DNA of 64,000 nucleotides from a virus. A program made the position numbers and the translations under genes. Below are positions 18,508 to 28,340 of this stretch, piece by piece. How positions within the stretch are numbered: the first letter of the stretch is position 1; every line of letters begins with the position of its first letter. The notes under the pieces were generated by a model. It had not been told where the DNA came from. It worked only from the letters and a program-made list of their open reading frames with translations, and ran no database searches. The stretch covers positions 128,001-192,000 of IMG/VR virus record IMGVR_UViG_3300037010_002844, one strand, 5' to 3'.

Positions 18508-19236
18508 TCAACGACGCTTGTCGCGGATGAAGCTACGTGCTAGTTCCCTGATCAGGCTCTCCTCGTCCTGCTGCTTGACAGGATGCTTCTTGGCGACCAC
18601 GACAGGTTGCTCGTCACGCTGTTTCTGCTCATATCGCTCGCGGAGCGTCATGCTAGCAGCATCTCTGGCAACCGGCATGTTCTCATTGACGTCAGGCGTC
18701 TTGGGCTTCGGATCAGGCGGTGGCCTCCGTGGGGGCGGTGCAATCACCGGTGCGACAGGTGGTGCCTTTACCGCAGACTTAGACTTAGACGCCTCTTCTA
18801 CGACGATCGGCTGAGGAGACGTCTTGGGCTTGTTGACGACGATCGGCGCCGCCGAGACCTTGATCTCGGGCTTAGCGTGCCGCGAAACGACATTGATCGA
18901 CTCAGCAACGACCTTGATGGCCTTCTTGAAGTTGATCTGAAAATGAACGGGCGCGAAGTAGCGATTCTCAATCAACACTTCGACTCGCGCCTGGTAGAGC
19001 CCTTCAGCCAACTTGTCCTTCATCTGCGGCAACACGAACTGGACGACACCGTCCTCGCCCGTGCCGTGCCCATTGAACATGTAGGCCATCTCACCGCCCT
19101 CGCAGACGAGCCTGACTTTGGCCGGAGCGGGTGCTGCGCCCTCCACCTTGATCTTGAAGGCAAGCTCATTGCTCTCCTCCATGTCGAGATCGACTGTTTC
19201 AACGAGGGGTTCCATCGTCTCGTAAGTATCCCCCAC
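18508..19236 (-). CDS. hypothetical protein with Pro-rich linker (PPPRRPPPDPKPKTP)
   Basis: The ORF-track start is a GTG. The in-frame ATG at 19215 (MEPLVETVD...) is preceded by GGGGATACTTACGAGACG, which is the conserved element. The real start is therefore probably 19215. Confidence 0.45.
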   Translation of the reverse strand: MGDTYETMEPLVETVDLDMEESNELAFKIKVEGAAPAPAKVRLVCEGGEMAYMFNGHGTGEDGVVQFVLPQMKDKLAEGLYQARVEVLIENRYFAPVHFQINFKKAIKVVAESINVVSRHAKPEIKVSAAPIVVNKPKTSPQPIVVEEASKSKSAVKAPPVAPVIAPPPRRPPPDPKPKTPDVNENMPVARDAASMTLRERYEQKQRDEQPVVVAKKHPVKQQDEESLIRELARSFIRDKRR

Positions 19237-19239
19237 GGG

Positions 19240-19593
19240 TCACTTCAGGCGCTTGATAGAGATCCGAATGTCTTCCCAGGCTTTTCGAACTCGCGTTGAA
19301 ACGTGTTCAATCAGAGAGACAGCATAGCTCGAGGCGCGATTGACTCGCACTCTGACGAAGCCCTCGACCTTGGCAGGCGGCGGCTCGTCGTTCAACCTAA
19401 TCATCTTTGCCCAGACGATAACCTCATCCAACTCGCGGAGCGCTCGCTTCGCACCCGACTGTCCAATTCTGACAATGCGTCGCAGGACTTCATGCAGAGG
19501 ACCGCCGTAGCCCTGAGTAACGAGACCGGCGCGGCCCGCAAGGCCACGCGAAGATCCCATTCCTCGCGTGACGATGCGGTTGATCGGCCTCAT
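19240..19593 (-). CDS. hypothetical protein
   Basis: 117 aa, co-oriented, with a start/stop overlap with the upstream ORF. Confidence 0.35.
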   Translation of the reverse strand: MRPINRIVTRGMGSSRGLAGRAGLVTQGYGGPLHEVLRRIVRIGQSGAKRALRELDEVIVWAKMIRLNDEPPPAKVEGFVRVRVNRASSYAVSLIEHVSTRVRKAWEDIRISIKRLK

Positions 19594-20072
19594 GGCACCC
19601 GAACACGATCGAACACTGCGTCCATCGACGGATTGCCAGTATCATCGTAGAGGTCAAACCTCGCAACCTCGGTAGCGTTATCTTCCTTGTAGAAGATCAT
19701 CTGATTGTTGGTGATACGCCAGCGACCGTATTGAATGTCGTACAACTGCTGAATCTGCGCGGCCAGCGGCAGCACGGCTCGCAGGGTGTCGTCCACCTTC
19801 GGGTTGTTTTCTTCAACGTTGTACTGCTCAGTGGCGTACGATGCTGTCAAGAACGCGGTGCCGGTATCCCACAGAAGTTGACCACGAAAGTTGTCGGGAA
19901 AGGTGATGTAGGCAGCGTAAATCCCGGGCGCCGTCTGGTAGACGCCTGTCGTTGTCCGTGGCATGACCGCAGAACCAGAGATGTCCAACAGGGTGTAACC
20001 CACGCCCGAAGAACCCGTGGCGTCGGCCTTCAATCGTCCGAAGTTAGCATTTCGTAGCTGCTGCAGCGGCAT
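19590..20072 (-). CDS. hypothetical protein
   Basis: 160 aa, co-oriented. Confidence 0.35.
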   Translation of the reverse strand: MPLQQLRNANFGRLKADATGSSGVGYTLLDISGSAVMPRTTTGVYQTAPGIYAAYITFPDNFRGQLLWDTGTAFLTASYATEQYNVEENNPKVDDTLRAVLPLAAQIQQLYDIQYGRWRITNNQMIFYKEDNATEVARFDLYDDTGNPSMDAVFDRVRVP

Positions 20073-20078
20073 GTCACC

Positions 20079-20966
20079 TCAATGGTACATCACCGCTCGA
20101 TCAGCAAAGGCATAGCCCTTGTCGATCAAGCCTGACACAATTTCGGGTGAAAACGTCAGTGAATCTTGGACCAACGGCGCGTCAGGCATCACGACCCTCA
20201 CCGTCACCTTGCGGTACTGTGGATCGATGACCGAGAGATCGTTCTTTAGGCCACACATCTCAATGTCATTCTTAATGATCTGGTCAGACATGAGGTCGAC
20301 GGCGCGAGTCACTGCGTCAGGAACCGCGCGCTTCGATGTTGAATCCCATCGAGTCATCTCCTCGATGTTGGTACACATGATGACGTCAATCTCAGTTGCT
20401 CCGAGCCTAATTGCCTCGCCCAAAGGAGTCACGTTCTTGATGCCGCCGTCTGACCACAACTGGCCTTCGATCTCAATGGGCTGCAAGAAAACTGGAAAAG
20501 ATGCCGAGGCTAGAACCCACTTCGTAAAATTGGGATCACTCTCGCGGGTAAACCTGTGTTCTCCAGTGTCCAACGAGACAGCTCCGACCGCCAGCATGCG
20601 ACCGTTGGAGGCAACCTTCTCGAGATGTAGATTATCGCTGACAAGCTTGATCAGAGGAGACGAATCATAAACTGACTTCTCCCACAGTGAGTGCAAGCGT
20701 CCAAACGGGAACCAGCGCTTGTAGATGTTCTTCTGATTGACCTGCGTCCGCCAGAAGTTTTCCAACCAGGCAACCGCCTCCTTCGGCGAACCCTTGGGCG
20801 TCATGCCGATGCCAGCAGTGTTCAAGGCGCCGACTGAAACACCACAGATGATGTCATAATCGATGCCTTGTTCGCCCATCCACTTCTTCAGGACGCCCAC
20901 CTGAAAGGCACCCTTGACGCCTCCACCACTCAGAACAAGTGCTCGCATGGTGCCCAACTCCTTCAT
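20079..20966 (-). CDS. patatin-like phospholipase
   Basis: Carries the GGGVKG oxyanion motif, the GVSVG (GxSxG) nucleophile motif, and the WSDGG (DGG) catalytic Asp motif. The likely real start is the second ATG at 20948 (MRALVLSGGG), which has an AAGGAG RBS and the upstream element GATACTTAG at 20969..20977. Confidence 0.8.
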   Translation of the reverse strand: MKELGTMRALVLSGGGVKGAFQVGVLKKWMGEQGIDYDIICGVSVGALNTAGIGMTPKGSPKEAVAWLENFWRTQVNQKNIYKRWFPFGRLHSLWEKSVYDSSPLIKLVSDNLHLEKVASNGRMLAVGAVSLDTGEHRFTRESDPNFTKWVLASASFPVFLQPIEIEGQLWSDGGIKNVTPLGEAIRLGATEIDVIMCTNIEEMTRWDSTSKRAVPDAVTRAVDLMSDQIIKNDIEMCGLKNDLSVIDPQYRKVTVRVVMPDAPLVQDSLTFSPEIVSGLIDKGYAFADRAVMYH

Positions 20967-20978
20967 GGCTAAGTATCT

Positions 20979-22298
20979 TCAGGCATCAGACTTAGTGACG
21001 CTGTAAAGGGCAATGGTGACCGTGCTACCAACGAATGGTCGATCATGACGTAGTTTGATCCTGATCTCGGCGCCGGCTGACGAGAGCAAATCGCGAGTCG
21101 TCTCATAATTGAATGGAAGTCCTTGAACTGGCGCCTGAGTGCCCCTCGACTTCTGGCGAAATTCCTCAAGAGACAACGTGAGGTCTGCGGAATTGGCGCC
21201 CAAAGCAGTGACCGGTGGATAAGCGCCTTGGGCTTCAGCAACGATCTGACCCATGCGCTTGTAGACTATCTGATCAATCATGATCTTCGTGCCAGAAGGA
21301 ACGAATCCACCAGCGACCAACTGAGGCGCCACCACATCAACCAATGCATAGATGTTGTACTCGACGGTGTCAGTCATGACGCTGTCGGTAGACACGTCGA
21401 CCTCGGCCTTGATGATTCGCAGCAAATTGCCAGGATCTGGTTGAACGTAGAACGTTGATCCATTCTGATAGGAGTAACTGACGACTGGTGGGCTTACGGG
21501 AGGCGAAAAGAACCTGACGCTGCCCGAGGCATACAACACCTCGTAATCTCCTCCTGACGTCTCGAGAGGTTCACGCATTGTCTTGAGCGAACCACTGACC
21601 TTAACGACCACACCGTAGCCGTGTGGATCGCCAGGATTTGCAGCCTGTTGCTTAGCAATCCACTTGTCCTCGTTGTGCATCCGCCCGGATGTCATGTCAA
21701 TCCAGAACGGGTGAGCCGAATTGAACGTCAATCCATCGCCGGAATCGACCAACGTCTCGTCATTGACTCGAACGGAATCGCCGAACCAGGTGCAGGGGTC
21801 GCACAGATTGTGTGACACAACGACAAGTTCAGATCCGACGGTCGGCGCCAAGGCGACCATGGGAGTGCCGTCGGTCTGCATCTGCGCAATGGTCATCAAA
21901 GGTGATCCAGAGGCAGTCTTGGGAGGCACCTGGGCAGCGATCCACGCGGGACTGACAGAAGACGTGATCCAACTCGACCCGTCGTACTGCATGCCGACGA
22001 ATGGAGACGTAGGTACAGCTTCGACCTCGAGCTGTGCTTCGGAAAACATCGATTGGAGCGTGCTTTGGACGTCCTCCGTCGAGGTTCCGGCCGGGAACAG
22101 ACCTGAGGTGAAAGGCTTCTCGATGACGAGCCCGCGGCGCAGAAGCAGATCCTCATCGCCCGTGATCCCGTGGACTGCGCTCTCAAACTTGGGCAGCGGG
22201 ACGATGTTGCTCGTGGGCGCTGTCAACCAAAAGACGCCGGCGACAGAGAATGAACCACCGTTCTGACTGTTGACGTTGAGGACTGTGATCTGTGCCAT
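20979..22298 (-). CDS. hypothetical structural protein (baseplate/fiber region)
   Basis: 439 aa, Ser/Thr/Gly/Val-rich, co-oriented. Confidence 0.4.
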   Translation of the reverse strand: MAQITVLNVNSQNGGSFSVAGVFWLTAPTSNIVPLPKFESAVHGITGDEDLLLRRGLVIEKPFTSGLFPAGTSTEDVQSTLQSMFSEAQLEVEAVPTSPFVGMQYDGSSWITSSVSPAWIAAQVPPKTASGSPLMTIAQMQTDGTPMVALAPTVGSELVVVSHNLCDPCTWFGDSVRVNDETLVDSGDGLTFNSAHPFWIDMTSGRMHNEDKWIAKQQAANPGDPHGYGVVVKVSGSLKTMREPLETSGGDYEVLYASGSVRFFSPPVSPPVVSYSYQNGSTFYVQPDPGNLLRIIKAEVDVSTDSVMTDTVEYNIYALVDVVAPQLVAGGFVPSGTKIMIDQIVYKRMGQIVAEAQGAYPPVTALGANSADLTLSLEEFRQKSRGTQAPVQGLPFNYETTRDLLSSAGAEIRIKLRHDRPFVGSTVTIALYSVTKSDA

Positions 22299-22309
22299 GG
22301 TGATCTTAC

Positions 22310-22972
22310 CTATTTGTTGAACATCGGCAATCGACGAGCTACGTAAGCCGGGCGCGCCACTATGCTGCCAAATTGCAGGACCGGTGATCCAGTTGGCGTC
22401 CAGACGCGACCATTGCCTGATCGATCAGTGTAAATGTCGTCATCAAACGGCGACCACACGATCAATCCTTCGGTGTTGACTGGGGCCGGTGACAAGTATT
22501 CCGCCTGGACGTTGAGGGCATTCAGTTCACGAGTCCAGATCCTCAGATCTCTGATGTTTCCATTGAAGTAATGTGTCGTGGGAAGAGACTGCAGGTTGCC
22601 GACGACGAGGCCTGTGTATGCTACGAACGTTGTCGTGTCTGCCACATCAACGACCTGCTTGCCGTTGACGTATCCTTTGATCTGTCGGCTAGTCGTCGAC
22701 GCATTTCTGATCGTCATGACGATGTGATACCACGTTGACACTGCCAGCAGCGGACCGTTGTGGTCCGCAGACGTGGTACCGAAGTCAATCGTCAGACCGT
22801 CAGTCGCCGTCTCGAGTTCAATATTGGGAGAAATGCCAACGATGACTCGATAGTTGGCCGTCACCACAGGCGGAATCCAGATCCAACAAGCAATCGTCAA
22901 ATCCTGTGTTGCAGCGCCAGTCCACGCCGCGTTGAGCCGTGACGAAGCTGTGTTCGGAATGAATACAGACAT
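22310..22972 (-). CDS. concanavalin A-like lectin / LamG-like domain protein
   Basis: Pattern ...WYHIVMT...KGYVNGKQV...GLVVGN...YFNGNIRDLRIWTRELNALNV... is typical of LamG/ConA-like jelly-roll domains. These are often found in phage fiber or receptor-binding proteins. Confidence 0.5.
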   Translation of the reverse strand: MSVFIPNTASSRLNAAWTGAATQDLTIACWIWIPPVVTANYRVIVGISPNIELETATDGLTIDFGTTSADHNGPLLAVSTWYHIVMTIRNASTTSRQIKGYVNGKQVVDVADTTTFVAYTGLVVGNLQSLPTTHYFNGNIRDLRIWTRELNALNVQAEYLSPAPVNTEGLIVWSPFDDDIYTDRSGNGRVWTPTGSPVLQFGSIVARPAYVARRLPMFNK

Positions 22973-24822
22973 CAGGTCAGCTGGCCGTTCACGCCCTGGT
23001 AGGTGACGCCGTAGCTACCCGTGGCGTTCAAGGCAGCGCCAGACTGATTGACGATGACAATGCCCCACTTAGCAGGCAAGCGATCGACGCCGTAGTTGCG
23101 ACAGAATGAAATGGGTCCCGCAGTGTAGGTCTTCAGGTTAGCGTTAGCAGTGAGCTGCGCCAACAAGACTAGATTAGGAGGTGTTGACAAGGTCGCCGCG
23201 CCGTCGACACCAGACAGGCCTTCAGGATAAGTGACACCATCGACAGTGCCATAGCCGTAGACGTTGACGTATCCTGTGGTAGAAACTGCTGTCGTCGCGG
23301 TGGTGAACTTGATGAATAGCAGCACGTCCTCATAGAGGCTGACAGTGTTATCGACTGCAGCGCTCTGGCGGGCTGCTGACGAGCCCAAGCTCGACAGAGT
23401 GATGGGCAGCACTACACCAGATGGGCCATACTGCGGCACATATCTGCCCGCAATGGGCTGAGGGACCATGCTGCCAGATGCAACGCCTGTCAACCTAACG
23501 AATAGAGGTTCGCCTGGAAAACTATTGGCGACCTCGATTCGATTGAGGTCATTCACCCACATCGCATTAGACGTCAAGACCGCTGAGGCACCCACAACCG
23601 CGGCGTTCTCAACCTGAAATGAGACATTCAACGGAACGTAGTTATCCGGGATCGCATTGGTGTGCTGTGCAACCGTGACACCGTTGATCGACAACGTGAC
23701 TGTAGCGCCTGTCGTGGTGATCAGGTACTGGTTTATTGCTGTTGTCAACGCAGAACCAGGTAGGGTGACCGTGGTGCTCTGCGTAACGTTGTTACCGGCA
23801 GCGGTGCGAAAGACAACCTGCGTGTTTCCCAACGTCGGATCAAAAATAACGACCGCGCGTTGACCGGATGCCGACAAAGGCACGTCAACGATCTCAACAA
23901 GACCAAACCACGGTGTCTGGTTCGGCACACGAGAAGTACATGCTACACGAGTATTGATGACCAGCGGCCCGTAGTCGACGAATCGATTAGCTGCGACAAT
24001 GGCGCCATTGCCCAAACTGTTGGACAATGTCATGTTTGAGTTGACATTGGCAATGCTACCGCCCGAAGACGACATCAACATCCATTGTGAGTAAATGCCA
24101 CCATTGCCAGTGGTGCCCGGATACGGCGAGACCAGTTCTAGTTGAGTATCGTTGCTGATTGATCTGACCAATGTCCAAGCAGAATCAGGATCAACAGTCC
24201 TCTTAATGTACTGCTGCGTGTCAAGTTGACGCGCGAACAGTGATCCGATGCCATTGACGTAAGTTGAACCCGACGTGAACGTGACAGTGCCACTAAGTGG
24301 CAACGTCAACGAGCTGATGAAGTTGTCGCGGAAGGATCCTTCATCCGTTAGTATCGGACCACGTGTCCGAAGTGATCCACCCGAGTCAACCAGAAGAGGT
24401 GCTGGAACTCTTATGTCAAGATTCTTTGGGTCTGGATAGCTACCGCCTTCAGCATCGGCCTGAGAGACGCCGGCGTCCTTTGAGAACACAACCAGGTTAA
24501 CGCCACCGAACGAAGGCGAAGATCCCGCGACTGTCCAGCTGACGAGCACCGTCGGAGTGATCGACAACAACAGTGTCACAGCCCCCGACGTGCCCGTCGC
24601 GGTGATCTCGGCAGACGCGACCACTTTATCAATGACGGTTGTCTCATTTGACGGATCGATTTCAGACAACGTGAATTGAAGGATGGGCGCAGTACCAGTC
24701 ACAGCACCGGTGATGTTGTAGACAAGGACGACCTCACCCGCCGGTCCGGCGCGGAAGACGTACGATCCATTGGAGGTGATCGTACTGTTAAGCAGTACCT
24801 GTTCAACCTTCACGGTGCTCAT
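22972..24822 (-). CDS. putative tail fiber / receptor-binding protein
   Basis: 616 aa, strongly Ser/Thr/Gly/Val/Asn-rich, with no enzymatic motif. It overlaps its neighbours by 1-4 nt. Confidence 0.35.
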   Translation of the reverse strand: MSTVKVEQVLLNSTITSNGSYVFRAGPAGEVVLVYNITGAVTGTAPILQFTLSEIDPSNETTVIDKVVASAEITATGTSGAVTLLLSITPTVLVSWTVAGSSPSFGGVNLVVFSKDAGVSQADAEGGSYPDPKNLDIRVPAPLLVDSGGSLRTRGPILTDEGSFRDNFISSLTLPLSGTVTFTSGSTYVNGIGSLFARQLDTQQYIKRTVDPDSAWTLVRSISNDTQLELVSPYPGTTGNGGIYSQWMLMSSSGGSIANVNSNMTLSNSLGNGAIVAANRFVDYGPLVINTRVACTSRVPNQTPWFGLVEIVDVPLSASGQRAVVIFDPTLGNTQVVFRTAAGNNVTQSTTVTLPGSALTTAINQYLITTTGATVTLSINGVTVAQHTNAIPDNYVPLNVSFQVENAAVVGASAVLTSNAMWVNDLNRIEVANSFPGEPLFVRLTGVASGSMVPQPIAGRYVPQYGPSGVVLPITLSSLGSSAARQSAAVDNTVSLYEDVLLFIKFTTATTAVSTTGYVNVYGYGTVDGVTYPEGLSGVDGAATLSTPPNLVLLAQLTANANLKTYTAGPISFCRNYGVDRLPAKWGIVIVNQSGAALNATGSYGVTYQGVNGQLT

Positions 24823-26129
24823 CTGATCTCCAACCAGGTCATGTCAGCCTTGACCTGCGTCTTGCCCGCGCCCAAGTTCGAGGCCACAACTGTCAAGATG
24901 TCGTTGGCGTTTACTCCTATGCCCAAGAAACCTGCGTTGCGCATGATTCGACCGTACACTTGGAAGAACTTCTGCATGTCAATTGTCACCACGCCAAGGT
25001 CAGAATTGACGACGCCGCGGTACAAGACCTCGCCACCGGTGAATCCAGTGGCAGCAACATCGTAATCCACCAAACTGGTATTGCCCGAAGAGTTGAATGA
25101 AGCGCCCGTCAACACGGGATTAGCGATGATGCGGAAGGCAATCGGATAACCTTGTGTGCTGATTGACAACGACTTGGGTTGAATGATGCTGCGATTGGTG
25201 ATGCCGTTGTACGTTGACTTGGGCCTGATCGAGAGGACAGGGGCTTCAACCTGAGTGATCAACACCGAATTTGTGTTGCCCACGCCATAGACCCAGTGTG
25301 CAGGTTCAACAGTCTGAGCCTGTGCCGCCACACGAGCGCAGATCAGATCGAGATAACCAGCAGACGACGACACAAGATTCGTCACCTTGGCCTGCACTGG
25401 CAACTTAGCCGTACGCATGTATGGCAGCGTCAGGGTGTTGGCGTGCTTCGACTCGTGGACCAAGATGTCATCAATGAAATAACGTGTGGTGCCGACGCCG
25501 AACCACTGCACCTCGATCTCGTATAGGTTGCCCTTCGAGACATTGAGGTTAAGACCACTGGCGCCAAAGCCATTGACCGGGTCCTTGCTGAAGGCACTCT
25601 GCGAGATGACGGTCTCGACGACTACACCCGTCGCGTCAGACCTCTCGACGATGTTGAAGGACGTACCATTGAGACGAAAGAACAATCCGTTGTTGTCATC
25701 TACGTAGCCCCAGTCCCTGAGCTGGCCTGCCTGGCCGGTGTCAGAATTGATAACTGACATTCCGATCAGCTGAGTGTAACCTGCCTGGTACTTGTAGTAC
25801 GTGTTGGTCCTCAACGTTGCAGATGAACCAGAGGTGCCGACGACAGCTACACGAAGTGCTGACTCTGCGGGAACGTGAGTCACAGAACCCGCAGACGCCG
25901 TCAGCACGTCCCAGAGGCGAGTGTCGAGCTCATACTTGTTGGTGAGGTCCGCAAGCAGGTATAGGCCTGCAACGCGGAGCTCATCTGCAACAGTGGCGCG
26001 GATGTTGCTGCCGAATGAGTCGGCCAGCGTAGACTTGAACGAACCCGTGACCTGCGCCGAGACGGGGTTCGTCGAGGTGCCGATTGGGTTGCCGTTGATG
26101 TCTGTCTGTACCGGGCTCTGTAGCGGCAT
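24819..26129 (-). CDS. putative tail fiber / baseplate protein
   Basis: 436 aa, beta-rich composition, co-oriented in the fiber-like block. Confidence 0.35.
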   Translation of the reverse strand: MPLQSPVQTDINGNPIGTSTNPVSAQVTGSFKSTLADSFGSNIRATVADELRVAGLYLLADLTNKYELDTRLWDVLTASAGSVTHVPAESALRVAVVGTSGSSATLRTNTYYKYQAGYTQLIGMSVINSDTGQAGQLRDWGYVDDNNGLFFRLNGTSFNIVERSDATGVVVETVISQSAFSKDPVNGFGASGLNLNVSKGNLYEIEVQWFGVGTTRYFIDDILVHESKHANTLTLPYMRTAKLPVQAKVTNLVSSSAGYLDLICARVAAQAQTVEPAHWVYGVGNTNSVLITQVEAPVLSIRPKSTYNGITNRSIIQPKSLSISTQGYPIAFRIIANPVLTGASFNSSGNTSLVDYDVAATGFTGGEVLYRGVVNSDLGVVTIDMQKFFQVYGRIMRNAGFLGIGVNANDILTVVASNLGAGKTQVKADMTWLEIR

Positions 26130-26160
26130 CGTTCACTTTCTGAGCAATGTCAACTCATCA

Positions 26161-27138
26161 TCACGTCAATTCGGTGACTCGAGCAGCACCGTTGGTGCTG
26201 TTCCAAAGACCATCGATCTGGCCCACGTAGCCAAACGGAATCTCGTAGTAGCCTCGGGCCGTGAGCTGCACCGTGTAGCTGGTGTTCGAGGCAGTGGCTC
26301 CCAACTTGACGTACAACGTCTGGTTGCTGTCATTGAAAATCGTCGCACCGATGCGGTTGACGTTGGCAGCCAACAGCGTGACGTTGGTCGTGGAGGACGC
26401 AACGCTCAAAGTAGTTGATGTGTTTGCCACCGGATCAGATGCCAAGTAGCCAGCCGGCGTGGTGCGCAAGGTCCTGACGACACCGAGCGGGTCGACGCCG
26501 CCGATGATGACCGGCGCTGCGTTATTAGCAGTTGAACCCGACAGGACGGGACCAACGACGACCTGGCGACCGGAAGCATCCGTCAATAGACCACGAACGA
26601 TGCCGCCGGAGTCAGCACCCGCAATGAGGACCGGATTACCCGTAGCAGTCGAGCCTGACTGGTTCTGACCAACGACGGTGACAGTGCCGGAGACCTGCTG
26701 GGCACCCTGCGTGAAGACTGAAACTCCACCAGTGATGCTGACAGAGCCTGAGACCTGCTGAGCGCCTTGGGTATAGACAGCGACGGAGCCAGTGACCTGC
26801 TGAGCTCCCTGAGTGAAGACAGAGACGCCGCCAGAGACGCCGACAGTTCCTGAAACGCCCTGAATGCCTTGTGTGTAGACTGAAAGACCTTGGGCAGTGA
26901 CGAACAACTTGCCTGAGGTGTCAGTCAAGAAACCGCGAAGGATGCCGCCGGAGTCAGCGCCACCGACCAACTGCGGGAATCCTGTAGTGGTTGAGCCAGA
27001 CTGAACCGGACCGACAGCAGAAATGTTGCCAGAGATTGAAACAGATCCCGAGGTCTGGACGGCCAATGGATTTGTTGGGACGCCGATCGGGTTGCCGTTG
27101 ACATCGTACAGAATTGCTAGCGGATTGGTGACTCCCAT
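26161..27138 (-). CDS. tail-fiber-like protein with internal tandem peptide repeats
   Basis: Five repeats of V(F/Y)TQGAQQV(S/T)GSV (13 aa = 39 nt, about 26700..26900). Three repeats of QSGSTxTGxPxLxxGADSGGIxRGxLTDxSG. Confidence 0.45.
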   Translation of the reverse strand: MGVTNPLAILYDVNGNPIGVPTNPLAVQTSGSVSISGNISAVGPVQSGSTTTGFPQLVGGADSGGILRGFLTDTSGKLFVTAQGLSVYTQGIQGVSGTVGVSGGVSVFTQGAQQVTGSVAVYTQGAQQVSGSVSITGGVSVFTQGAQQVSGTVTVVGQNQSGSTATGNPVLIAGADSGGIVRGLLTDASGRQVVVGPVLSGSTANNAAPVIIGGVDPLGVVRTLRTTPAGYLASDPVANTSTTLSVASSTTNVTLLAANVNRIGATIFNDSNQTLYVKLGATASNTSYTVQLTARGYYEIPFGYVGQIDGLWNSTNGAARVTELT

Positions 27139-27150
27139 ATCGTTGGCCTC

Positions 27151-27837
27151 TTAGGTGATGACTCTTGTTCGAGAAGTCTCAAAGATCCCAGAGTAAGTAA
27201 TCGTGTCAGTCGCTGTTGCCAACAGCGTGATGCCGTCAGGTGCATAGACCTTCCACTGCACTGTTGAGAAGGTCTTGTTGGCGTTGTATGACACGATTTG
27301 TTCTGTGATCTTCTTCGTCCGGCCCACGTCAGCATACCAAATAGATGACGTTGGGAATGGTTGTGGTCCGGTATCACAATAAGTAGTTCCGAACGTCTCA
27401 TATGGGCCACCGCCTCCATCAGCGAGGTGAATCAGCTGCCTGATCGCCGCGTGTGAAGCAGAGTTATACGCAACGTTCTGACTGAAGATGTACTGCCCGC
27501 CAGGACCCGTATCAGTGACGTCGATGCCTGCAGAGCCCGTCAACTTACGAGCATTCGGCAAAGAACCCGTCAACGTGATCAGCGCGTAGGCAGCATTAGG
27601 ATCGCCTCCTCCATGCATTGATGACGAGACAGGCGTCCAGTACGAATTTGTGTCGTCTCGGCGATAGAGGATGTTGTTCGCGGTATTCCAGAAGATTTCT
27701 CCGGGCTGCGAGACAACCGGAAAAGATGATCCTGAAGGAATGATCAGCACGCCACCCAGGGTCCGATCGAACTCCCAGATCCCAGTGATCGTCTTATTCG
27801 ACGAGTCGTCAATGACGACCTGGACTACATGCATCAT
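27151..27837 (-). CDS. putative fiber-associated protein
   Basis: 228 aa. Contains GIDVTDTGPGGQYIF, a motif shared with the ORF at 30597..31055. Confidence 0.35.
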   Translation of the reverse strand: MMHVVQVVIDDSSNKTITGIWEFDRTLGGVLIIPSGSSFPVVSQPGEIFWNTANNILYRRDDTNSYWTPVSSSMHGGGDPNAAYALITLTGSLPNARKLTGSAGIDVTDTGPGGQYIFSQNVAYNSASHAAIRQLIHLADGGGGPYETFGTTYCDTGPQPFPTSSIWYADVGRTKKITEQIVSYNANKTFSTVQWKVYAPDGITLLATATDTITYSGIFETSRTRVIT

Positions 27838-28325
27838 TAGAGCACCCGCGTCCGCGTCACAGTGATAATGCGACGGCGGCTGTCGTAGGTAGGTACTTCA
27901 ATGACCTGGGCCTTCAACGAACCGTCAGGATTGTAAGCGCTGCTGGTCATAGCATTGATAAACCTGTAGTTCGGGCCATAGACTACTGTGTAGTCCTGCA
28001 GCTTTTGGGTCTTAGCGATGTCCGTCCAAATGGTGAGGTTGGTCAGACCGATGGTGTTGTACTGCAGCTCCTCATAACCATTCGCTGCATTATCATGCGC
28101 CAGAGAATTCAACGCCTCGTGGGTCGGCTCATCGAGTCCCAACCTGCGAATGACGCCTTCCTCGTGAAAGAAGAAGCCGCTGCCAGAGACTGATCCGGAA
28201 ACGTAATAGATCTCGCCGTCAGTCGACGGCAATGAGGCAGAAACGAGCAGCAGCTGGATCGATTCATCGATCCGCTCACCAGGAAAGTCGTCAGGTGTGC
28301 GACCGCCGCCGAAGATTCCGCCCAT
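27837..28325 (-). CDS. hypothetical protein
   Basis: 162 aa, co-oriented. A GTGATAGTTATGC 13-mer sits immediately upstream. Confidence 0.35.
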   Translation of the reverse strand: MGGIFGGGRTPDDFPGERIDESIQLLLVSASLPSTDGEIYYVSGSVSGSGFFFHEEGVIRRLGLDEPTHEALNSLAHDNAANGYEELQYNTIGLTNLTIWTDIAKTQKLQDYTVVYGPNYRFINAMTSSAYNPDGSLKAQVIEVPTYDSRRRIITVTRTRVL

Positions 28326-28340
28326 TCCGCAGCATAACTA

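Noticed and set aside
19216-19236. ORF-track start (GTG reported as M) for the gene at 18508..19236
   Set aside because: The codon at 19236 is GTG, and the conserved GATACTTAC element would fall inside the coding sequence. The ATG at 19215, downstream of the element, is the more likely start.
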